Assembly: GCA_012271165.1 (NCBI GenBank)
Contig: JAAXGX010000197.1
Location: 34,145 to 98,144 of the forward strand
Length of the DNA stretch: 64,000 bases
Origin: Vicinamibacteraceae bacterium
GTDB taxonomy: Bacteria > Acidobacteriota > Vicinamibacteria > Vicinamibacterales > UBA8438
Direction: 5' to 3'
Part shown: piece by piece, positions 28,664 through 36,288 of the stretch
Layout: each line of letters starts with the position of its first letter
How positions within the stretch are numbered: position 1 is the first letter of the stretch
Program-made: the position numbers and the translations under genes
The notes under the pieces: model-generated
What the model saw: only the letters and a program-made list of their open reading frames with translations
Database searches by the model: none
What the model was told of the DNA's origin: nothing

Positions 28664-29610
28664 TGCTTCGCGAATACGCGGTCGAGCCGGATCTCGTTCC
28701 GACATGGCTGGATCGCGAGACAGGCCGGTACTTCCTCGACAATTTCGGGCTCGGGACCCCACGCATCATGTCGCGGTATCCCCGCAAGCATTGGAAGAGG
28801 CTCGTCTGGGCGGCTTGGCGCGCGAGCAACGACGGCAAGGAAAACGAACAGACGCGGATGGAGACGTTGGTCCAGCGATTGTCAGAGGTCATGGTGAAAC
28901 GCCGGAATGCGGTTTGGGATCCGAGCCGGCCCTGGTTGGATAGTGCGGTCGAGGAACACATGAGAGCGCCGTTCCATGCCGTTCTCGCCCGCAGCAACCC
29001 GGCTGGTCATGATCGGATCCTGATTGCCGGCGACGTGGACGGTCGCACGCCGCTCTGGGCCGTTGATCATGGCGACACGATACCGAGGAAGGCCGAAGCA
29101 ATCGCTGGTGCCGTCGGAGACATGTTGCGAGTGGCGACCGACATCGTCTTTGTCGATCCGCACTTTGCCCCGCACCGGCGGCGCTTCTTCGACGTTCTCG
29201 ATGCATGCTTCGGAAAGTGTTTCGAGGGCAGGGTTGCCGATGTGCCCCGAATCCGACTCTTCAGTTCCACTCGGGATGAGAATGGCGAATTCGAGTTCTT
29301 CAAGAAAGAATGCCGCAATCGGCTACCAGTCACGCTGCCTGATGGCCAGGAGGCGACAATTCGCCGCCTGCGGGAGCGGCGGCCGGTCGGCGAGAAGCTT
29401 CACAACCGGTACATCTTGACGGAGCTTGGCGGCGTCAGCTTCGGCACCGGTCTGGATAGGGAGGAAGCGCTGGGTCACGCAACGGATGATCTGAACCTGC
29501 TCGGTCGTGACCAGTATGAAAGACGTTGGCGGCAGTACGCGAGCGAGCCGCCGGCGTTCGACCAGCCGGAAGCCCCGATTGTCGTCACCGGGACCGGCCG
29601 GATTTCCTGA
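28663..29610 (+). CDS. uncharacterised partner protein of cassette 2 (DPH ... H-x-R-Y motif family)
   Basis: The 315-aa ORF starts MLREYAVEPDL from a TGATG overlap. It has VFVDPHFAP and HNRYILTELGGVSFGTGLD (29401-29457). Confidence 0.75.
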   Translation: MLREYAVEPDLVPTWLDRETGRYFLDNFGLGTPRIMSRYPRKHWKRLVWAAWRASNDGKENEQTRMETLVQRLSEVMVKRRNAVWDPSRPWLDSAVEEHMRAPFHAVLARSNPAGHDRILIAGDVDGRTPLWAVDHGDTIPRKAEAIAGAVGDMLRVATDIVFVDPHFAPHRRRFFDVLDACFGKCFEGRVADVPRIRLFSSTRDENGEFEFFKKECRNRLPVTLPDGQEATIRRLRERRPVGEKLHNRYILTELGGVSFGTGLDREEALGHATDDLNLLGRDQYERRWRQYASEPPAFDQPEAPIVVTGTGRIS

Positions 29611-29651
29611 GCACGGCGTCCTACCCGCGTGCTGCAGCAGCGCGAACCTCC

Positions 29652-32576
29652 TCAGAACCGGAAGCCGAGCGACATCAGGAACGTCCGGCCGCCGTCGACG
29701 CCGGCCCGCCACGGCGGATAGTCGCCGGCCGAGGTCCCTTCCCCGAAGCGCGGTCCCTCCACGTACGTCAGCGGCAGCCCGAGATCGTCCAGCGGCCCGT
29801 CGTAGTTCGGCTCCACCGTGGTGTCCCAGCCGATGAGCGTGTCGTTGTTGAACACGTTGTACAGCTCGAACTTGAAGTACGGCCGCGCCGTGCGCCAGAT
29901 CGGCAACTGGTACTGGACCGACGCGTCGAAGAGGCCGTAGCCCTTGAAGCCCTCGGTGCCGCGCGCGTCGAAGTACAGGCTCTGCCCCGTCGGGCCGCTG
30001 GCGTAGCCCAGCTCGTCGAGGATGGCCTGCTGCCGGTCGGTCAGCCTGACGCCGCCCGCCACGAGGCTGTAGACCTGCCCCGAGTTGTAGCGCCAGATGC
30101 CGCCCAGGTCGACATCGCCGGCCCACCCCAGGTCGAGGCTGTAGATGCCCCAGATGCGCACCTTGTGCCGCTGGAAGTCGTTGAGCCGGCCGAAGGGGTA
30201 GTTGCGCTCGGGCGTGAAGATCTCCGGGTAGTTGAACGCGACCGACGCGACACCGGGCTGGTTCGTGGCCTCGCCCTCGAAGTTCCCCTCGTTGCGGAGC
30301 TGCACGGTGTAGCTGCCGTCGAGCTGGAAGCGGCTCGTCACGCTGTAGCGGCCGTCGAACTGCAACGCATCGTAGTTGCGCGCCAGCTCGTTGGTGTTGC
30401 GGAACACCTCGTTGACGAACGTGCCGTAGCTGCGGCCCTCGTGCATGATCTCGGTCGCGCCGGTCGACAGGTCGAGGAAGTCCTCGATGAAGTTGCCCGC
30501 GCGGCGCCGGATGAACGTGGCCTTCAGGTGCCCGCGGTTGCCGAGCGTGCCGCCGGCCGAGACGGTGAACTCCTTCGTGAGCGGCGACTTCAGGTCCGGC
30601 TCGAGCATGACGTTCTGCGTCGCGAACGAGCCATCGACGATGCGGTAGTTGTCGACGTCGAACCCCGGCGCGAAGTCGCGGCCCTCTCCGCCCGGGCCGG
30701 TGTAGATGCCGATCAGCAGGTCGGGGTTGCCGACGTTCGTGGTCTCGGAGAACTGGGCCTCGCTGTACTTGCCGGCGTAGTGGCTGTAGGTGCTCTGGAT
30801 GGTGAAGCGCCCGTCGCCGAGCGGGTCGTAGGCGACCCCGAGCCGCGGCACCACCGAGCTCGTGTCGACCGTGGTGATCCCGCCGGTCGCCTCGCTGTCC
30901 ACCGTCTCGCCGCGCACGCCCAGGTTGAACGAGAAATGCTCGTTCAGCGCCCACTCGTCGTTCACGAAGAACGACGTGGTGTTGATGTCGATCCTGGCGC
31001 CGCGGGCGGGCAGCCAGTTGAGGCCGATGGTCAGCGGGCCCGGCGTGAAGATGGGCACGAGCTGCTCGTCGGCGTCGAGCAGCGGGCTGCCGTCCGGGCC
31101 GACCGCGTAGTTCGTGCGGAACACCCAGCCGGTCGAGCTCTGCGAGTTGCCGCCGATGTTGGTCGACGTGTAGCGCTCGAAGCCGGCCTTCAGGCTGTGC
31201 GAGCCCGCCTGCCGGCTCGACAGGAACCAGGTCACGTTGCCGGTGATCTGCCGGTTGTTGCGGTCCTCCGGATCCGTGGCGTCGAAGTACGGGGCGTTGT
31301 AGTGCGCCAGCGCCTGCGTGCGGGTGAGGAACGGAGAGTCGAAGATGTCGGTCGACGTGCCGCCCCCGCCGCGGAACCCGTGCCGCTTCTGCGAGTACTG
31401 CACCTCGGCGAACACGTTGTTGGTGAGCGCGCCGCGGTAGGTGCTGACGAACAGGTCCTGCGGCCTTTCACGGTCGATGATCGTGCTCGGCACGACACTG
31501 AAGCCGAACGTCGAGCCGGTGTCGGTGAAGGCTCGCCGCAGGTAGTTGCCCGACAGCGTGTGGCCTGGCGCGAGGGTCGCGGTCAGCTTGAACTGGTTGC
31601 GGTCCTCCCTTCCGGCGGTGTCGTAGCGGATGCGCGTCTCGTTGAACGTGTTCGTTCCTTCCTGCCTCGTGATCAGGCCCGAGTAGAAGAACCACAGGCG
31701 GTCCCGGACGAGCGGGCCGCCGAGCGTGATCTCGTGGTCCAGGTTGTCGCCGAGGTCGCCCTCGCGCGGCTCGTCCTCGAACGGCGTCAGCGAGGTCCAG
31801 GACGACGGGCTGTACATGTTGAGCCGGTAGCTGCCCGCGAAGTCGTTGCCGCCGCTCCGGGTGATGATGTTGATGACGCCGCCGGAGAACCGCCCGTACT
31901 CGGCGGAGATCCCGGACGTGAGCACCTGGGTCTCCTGGATGGCGTCCTCGACGAAGAGACTGTTGGCGATGCCGAAGAGGTTGTCGTTGATGTCGACGCC
32001 GTCCACGAGAAAGATGTTGTCGTAGGCGAACGCGCCGTTGATGGTGACCTGGCCCACGTTCGGCGTGTTGTCCGTCAGGCCGGGCTGCAACTCCGCGATG
32101 CGCCACGGTTGGCGGCTCGTCGGCAGCGCGTGCACCTCGTCCGCCGTGATGTTCGAGCTGGTGATGGTCGTCTCGATGGGCGTCGGCACGACCCCCACCA
32201 CCTCCACGGTCTCGACGACGCCGGCGGGCGCCATGGCCGCGTTGACGCCGACATCGCCGCCCAGCGGCACGGTCGCCGTCTCGACCACCTCGGCGAACCC
32301 GGAGAGCTCGAAGAAGACGTGGTACTCGCCGGGCGGGAGCGCCAGGATCCGATAGTTGCCGTTGATGTCGGTCACGGTCGTGCGCAAGCCCTGCAGCGCG
32401 TCGGACCGGACGGTCACGGTCACGCCGGGCAGGACGAGGCCCTGGGCGTCGAGCAGGGTGCCGCGGATGGTGCCGGTCTGGCGGCCCTGGGCCGCGGCGC
32501 CGGTCGCCGTCGCGGCCAGCAGGGCGGCGGTCAGCAGCAGGGCTTTCGTGGGTACGGCTGGAAGAAAGTGAGACAT
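29652..32576 (-). CDS. TonB-dependent receptor-like outer-membrane protein with N-terminal carboxypeptidase-regulatory-like domain
   Basis: The start is MSHFLPAVPTKALLL with a signal peptide. It has GTIRGTLLDAQGLVLPGVTVTV...DINGNYRILALPPGEY and a terminal ...LGFRF. Confidence 0.85.
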   Translation of the reverse strand: MSHFLPAVPTKALLLTAALLAATATGAAAQGRQTGTIRGTLLDAQGLVLPGVTVTVRSDALQGLRTTVTDINGNYRILALPPGEYHVFFELSGFAEVVETATVPLGGDVGVNAAMAPAGVVETVEVVGVVPTPIETTITSSNITADEVHALPTSRQPWRIAELQPGLTDNTPNVGQVTINGAFAYDNIFLVDGVDINDNLFGIANSLFVEDAIQETQVLTSGISAEYGRFSGGVINIITRSGGNDFAGSYRLNMYSPSSWTSLTPFEDEPREGDLGDNLDHEITLGGPLVRDRLWFFYSGLITRQEGTNTFNETRIRYDTAGREDRNQFKLTATLAPGHTLSGNYLRRAFTDTGSTFGFSVVPSTIIDRERPQDLFVSTYRGALTNNVFAEVQYSQKRHGFRGGGGTSTDIFDSPFLTRTQALAHYNAPYFDATDPEDRNNRQITGNVTWFLSSRQAGSHSLKAGFERYTSTNIGGNSQSSTGWVFRTNYAVGPDGSPLLDADEQLVPIFTPGPLTIGLNWLPARGARIDINTTSFFVNDEWALNEHFSFNLGVRGETVDSEATGGITTVDTSSVVPRLGVAYDPLGDGRFTIQSTYSHYAGKYSEAQFSETTNVGNPDLLIGIYTGPGGEGRDFAPGFDVDNYRIVDGSFATQNVMLEPDLKSPLTKEFTVSAGGTLGNRGHLKATFIRRRAGNFIEDFLDLSTGATEIMHEGRSYGTFVNEVFRNTNELARNYDALQFDGRYSVTSRFQLDGSYTVQLRNEGNFEGEATNQPGVASVAFNYPEIFTPERNYPFGRLNDFQRHKVRIWGIYSLDLGWAGDVDLGGIWRYNSGQVYSLVAGGVRLTDRQQAILDELGYASGPTGQSLYFDARGTEGFKGYGLFDASVQYQLPIWRTARPYFKFELYNVFNNDTLIGWDTTVEPNYDGPLDDLGLPLTYVEGPRFGEGTSAGDYPPWRAGVDGGRTFLMSLGFRF

Positions 32577-32801
32577 CGTCAACCTCGATGGTTGGGGTTG
32601 GCACGGTGATACCGTGGCGGGATCAGTGCAGATTCTGCTATGTGTCATATGGATTACTGACACGTTACTCCCCATGAATCCAGCATACACGGAACGGTCG
32701 CCCCGCTGCGGGTGGACCGGCGAGCGCGCCATGGTGGCGCCACGGCGCCCGACGCGTTAACCTGCGTTACGTGGGCGGGGAGCCCGGATTGGAGGAGGGG
32801 A

Positions 32802-33404
32802 GTGGGCGGTTTCTTCAGGCGGCGGAGATTCCTGTCGGGGCTCGGGCTCGGTGTGCTCGCGGCGCCGTTCGCGGCGCAGGATGTCAGCGCGTCCCGGGCC
32901 GGCGGGCATCCGGGCGGGATCGGATCGGGAGCGGCGAGCCTGGAGTCCGGCGAGCTGCGCGACCGGTTCGAGATCCGCGAGCTGCTCGAGCGCTACTCGC
33001 ACACGGTGGACTTCATGGACTGGGAGCGGCTCGATACGGTGTTCACCGACGACGCCACGGTCGACTACTCCGCGCTCGAGGACTCGTTCGGCGACTGGCC
33101 GCACTTCGCGCGCGGCCTGCAGGAGATACGGCGGCTGTACGAGATCGTCATCCCGCCCAACTACGGCACGCTGCACCACATGTCCAACCACCTGATCGCC
33201 CTGTACGGCGACGAGGCCCGGGTGCGGACGTACATGCACGTCGGCGGGGGCAGCGCGTTCGCCGGCGTCTACCTGTGCGGCGTCGTGCGGACCGCGTCCG
33301 GCTGGCGCATCCGCGATTACTCGTGGGCGGCGCACACCCGGGAGAATCCGGCCGACGCCGAGCGCATGCGCGCCTGGATGCGGAAGCCTGCCGAGCGGGT
33401 CTGA
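32802..33404 (+). CDS. SnoaL-like/NTF2-fold protein with twin-arginine signal
   Basis: The start is GTG after GGAGGAGGGG. It has the RRRRFLSGLGLGVLAAPFAA Tat-like leader and the body IRELLERYSHTVDFMDWERLDTVFTDDATVDY. Confidence 0.6.
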   Translation: MGGFFRRRRFLSGLGLGVLAAPFAAQDVSASRAGGHPGGIGSGAASLESGELRDRFEIRELLERYSHTVDFMDWERLDTVFTDDATVDYSALEDSFGDWPHFARGLQEIRRLYEIVIPPNYGTLHHMSNHLIALYGDEARVRTYMHVGGGSAFAGVYLCGVVRTASGWRIRDYSWAAHTRENPADAERMRAWMRKPAERV

Positions 33405-33518
33405 ACCCACGTCGGCACGGGCGAGCGGGCAGAGCGAGCGCTTCGACTCTTTCCGGGGAAGCGGCCGAACGAGAGAGTTGGCGGGCGGCGCCTGCCGCGC
33501 GGACGCCGCCCGGCCGGT

Positions 33519-34871
33519 CTACTGCGCCGGGCGGCGAGCCGCGGCCTGGCCCTCCACGGTGTAGGTGAAGAAGCCGATCATCATCTCCTCCCACGTCTGG
33601 TCGCCCCAGCGAACCGTCGCGGTCGGGTCGGGATTCGCGCGGTTGGCCGCCGAGTTGTCGAAGTGCGCGCTGACGTGCATCTTCGACCCCCTGGGCAGCA
33701 GGAGCGGCTCGGCCAGCCAGTAGTCCGTCTGCCAGCCGAAGTCGAAGCGCGGCACGCGCAGGACGATCTCGGTCCGGCCGTCAGGGTAGGTGACCGTGTA
33801 GGTCATGTCCTTGCCGCGCAGGTGCATGTGCGGGTGCATCGTCCACACCCTGACGTCCGCGCTGAAGGTCGCCTCGGCCTCGACCTCGTGGTTCGCCGCG
33901 CCCGGCGGCAGCTCGAACACGGGGTTGAGGATCATGCCGGTGCGAATCTCGTGCGCGGGCGGCTGCTTCGCGAAGATGAGGCCCAGCTTCGAGCGGTCCA
34001 CGCCCGGCTCGCCGTCGGTCGTGTAGTGCATCTGGAAGACCAGCGTCGAGCCGGCCGGAATGCGCTTGGCGGTGCCGGGCAGGTAGACCGGCGCATCCTC
34101 GCCCACCGCCCAGTTGACCAGCATCGCGTCTCCGCCACCCACGGGACGCTGCCCGGCGCGTGCGGCCAGCGCCCGCAACGCCTGCGGGGACGGCCGCTGT
34201 CCCGCGGGCAGGATGGGCCGCACCGCTACCACCCCGGGCCGCGTATTCGGCTCCGGCTCCCGCACGTAGACGACGATGTGGTGGACGTGCGCGCGGTCGC
34301 CGGGGCGCGCCTCGCCCGCCTGCATCCAGCGGTCCTCGGTGAAGTTGGTGGGCACGTCGAAGTACTGGTACTCGACCGTGCCGGTAGCCGGCACCTCGTA
34401 GTCGACGGGCATCTCGAAGACCATGTCCGGGGTGCCGATCTGCCAGCCCTCGGTGAGCTCGGGCAGCGGCGGCAGATCCGCCGGATCGCCCTCGCGCGCC
34501 CCGCCCGTCACCCAGGCGGCGATGGTGTCGATCTCCGGCTGCATGAGGCTCAGGTCGTTGCGGAAGACGCCGTAGCGCCGGTCGGCGTGCCACGGCGGCA
34601 TCTCGCGCGTGGTCACCTTCTCGTGAATCGCGCGCGCCCAGGGTCGTGCCTCGCGGAACGTGATGAGCGACATCGGCGCCACCTCGCCCGGCCGATGGCA
34701 ACTGATGCACTTCCCGTAGAAGATCGGCGCGACGTCCCGGCTGAAGGTGGGGACGCCCGCGTTGTCAGCGGGGGCCTCCTGGGCGCTCGGATGTCCGCTG
34801 AGCGGACTCCCGCCCAGCCATATGCCGACGGCAGCAACGAAGACGCCGGCCCGAATCACGTTGCAGATCAT
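33519..34871 (-). CDS. heme-c motif + copper type II monooxygenase-like (PHM/DBH-fold) secreted protein
   Basis: The real start MICNVIRAG (after GGAGGAG) lies inside a 1090-aa shadow-extended ORF. It has CISCH, then HVHHIVVY, MHY, MHPHMHLRGKDM and a later Met (SKMHV). Confidence 0.6.
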   Translation of the reverse strand: MICNVIRAGVFVAAVGIWLGGSPLSGHPSAQEAPADNAGVPTFSRDVAPIFYGKCISCHRPGEVAPMSLITFREARPWARAIHEKVTTREMPPWHADRRYGVFRNDLSLMQPEIDTIAAWVTGGAREGDPADLPPLPELTEGWQIGTPDMVFEMPVDYEVPATGTVEYQYFDVPTNFTEDRWMQAGEARPGDRAHVHHIVVYVREPEPNTRPGVVAVRPILPAGQRPSPQALRALAARAGQRPVGGGDAMLVNWAVGEDAPVYLPGTAKRIPAGSTLVFQMHYTTDGEPGVDRSKLGLIFAKQPPAHEIRTGMILNPVFELPPGAANHEVEAEATFSADVRVWTMHPHMHLRGKDMTYTVTYPDGRTEIVLRVPRFDFGWQTDYWLAEPLLLPRGSKMHVSAHFDNSAANRANPDPTATVRWGDQTWEEMMIGFFTYTVEGQAAARRPAQ

Positions 34872-35006
34872 GTCTCCTCCCGTCCGCCGCGTACCTGCCA
34901 ACGATACCACGCAGCACTCGCGCCCCCGGCGGGCCACCGAACTCCGGGCCGAGGTGCGGCGGGTATACAATCGGGCCTGTTCCGTCTCACAGAGCAAGGA
35001 GGACTC

Positions 35007-36005
35007 ATGGCCCGCAACCTGGTCTTGGCCGGCGTGCTGGCGCTGCTGCCCGCGGGTGCGCTCGCTCAACCGGACGCCGCGACGTTCCGCACGCCATGGG
35101 GCGACCCGGACCTGCAGCATGTCTGGACCAGCTCCACGCTGACGCCGCTGGAGCGGCCGGACGAGCTGGCGGGGAGGACGGCGTTGACGGCGGAGGAAGC
35201 GGCCGCATCGACGCAGTTGGAGCTGCGGCGCATCGACGGCGATCAGCGCGTGGGAGAGGGCCGGGGAGACCGGCAGGAGGACACGCCGGACGGGCGGACG
35301 GACGTCGGCCGCGCGTACAACGAGTTCTGGCGCGAGCGGGGCCGGATGCTGCGGCAGACGTCGCTGATCGTCGATCCGCCGGATGGACGCATCCCGTACA
35401 GGTCGGGCGGGCGGCCCGCCGAGTCCCCGTATCACGGCGGGGTGGGCGAGTACCCGGCCGGCCCGGAGACCCGCGGTCTGGCCGAGCGGTGCATCGCCTG
35501 GGGCAGCGCCGGGCCGCCGATGCAGCCGACCACCTACAACAGCAACTTCCAGTTGCTGCAGACTCCCGACCACGTGGCGATCGTCAACGAGATGATCCAC
35601 GACGTGCGCATCGTGCCGCTGGACGGCCGGCCGCACCTCGCGTCGGGCGTCCGCCAGTTGCTGGGCGATTCGCGGGGCCACTGGGAGGGTGAGACCCTGG
35701 TGGTCGTCACGGCCAACTTCACCGACAAGACGCGCTTTCGCGGATCCAGCCCGGACCTGCACCTGGTGGAGCGGTTCACACGGGTTGCTGCCGATACGCT
35801 GCTGTACGAGTACACCGTCGAGGACGAATCCGCCTGGACGCGGCCCTGGACCGCCGCCTGGCCGCTCAGCAGCCTGCGGTCGCAGCTCGGGGCGGAGCCG
35901 GGCAGCGTTGGCGCGCACCTGTTCGAGTATGCCTGCCACGAGGGCAACTACGGCATGACGAACCTGCTGGCCGGCGCCCGCGCCCTGGAACCCTCGCGCG
36001 ACTGA
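35007..36005 (+). CDS. secreted protein, CHEGN-motif family (paralog 3 of 6, short subtype)
   Basis: The start MARNLVLAGVLALL follows AAGGAGGA. It has the motifs TPWGDPDLQHVW, QTSLIVDPPDGRIP, ERCI, VRIVPLDGRPH, GDSRGHWEGETLVVVT and FEYACHEGNYG. Confidence 0.8.
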   Translation: MARNLVLAGVLALLPAGALAQPDAATFRTPWGDPDLQHVWTSSTLTPLERPDELAGRTALTAEEAAASTQLELRRIDGDQRVGEGRGDRQEDTPDGRTDVGRAYNEFWRERGRMLRQTSLIVDPPDGRIPYRSGGRPAESPYHGGVGEYPAGPETRGLAERCIAWGSAGPPMQPTTYNSNFQLLQTPDHVAIVNEMIHDVRIVPLDGRPHLASGVRQLLGDSRGHWEGETLVVVTANFTDKTRFRGSSPDLHLVERFTRVAADTLLYEYTVEDESAWTRPWTAAWPLSSLRSQLGAEPGSVGAHLFEYACHEGNYGMTNLLAGARALEPSRD

Positions 36006-36014
36006 TCCCCGCGG

Positions 36015-36048
36015 GCAGGGCGCCGCTCCGGCGCGAGCGGTGCCCTGC
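36015..36048 (+). terminator. stem-loop downstream of paralog 3 (no U-tract)
   Basis: gcagggcgccgctc-cggcgc-gagcggtgccctgc forms a 14-bp stem with one G:U pair. Confidence 0.35.
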
Positions 36049-36288
36049 GTACTCACACCGCTGGACAGTCCGCATCTGTATGTAGACCATCGCGTCCGGC
36101 GCGGCGTGCTCTGCGAGGAACCCGGTCGGCGTTGCGGCGTCGGTGCGCGGCACGACGACCGCGCGGACCTTTCCGGACAACGCGGTCCTTCACGCCGGCG
36201 ACGGCGGTCTTGCCGACGGCCCCGCAACTCAGCCCGGCCCTGCCGAGCGTGGCGCGGTCGGGCCGGGCGGCACCCGCCCGGCCGCGCG

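Noticed and set aside
23466-29610. Assignment of the ATPase + partner cassettes to a named defence system (Septu PtuAB, PARIS AriAB, Gabija GajAB, OLD-family)
   Set aside because: By eye, the partners show no HNH (Cys/His/Asn) nuclease motif, no Toprim E...DxD signature and no helicase Walker motifs. The ATPases have no fused Toprim domain. I therefore left them unnamed and did not force a label. A profile search is needed to settle this.
23436-29610. Expected rtcB/rtcA RNA-repair genes downstream of the RtcR-like regulator
   Set aside because: Neither downstream protein type resembles an RtcB ligase or an RtcA cyclase. The regulon here is different, so I did not annotate the regulator as rtcR.
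29526-32609. A 1027-aa plus-strand ORF
   Set aside because: It is antisense to the TonB-dependent receptor (29652-32576), which has the expected signal peptide, N-terminal domain and terminal Phe on the minus strand.
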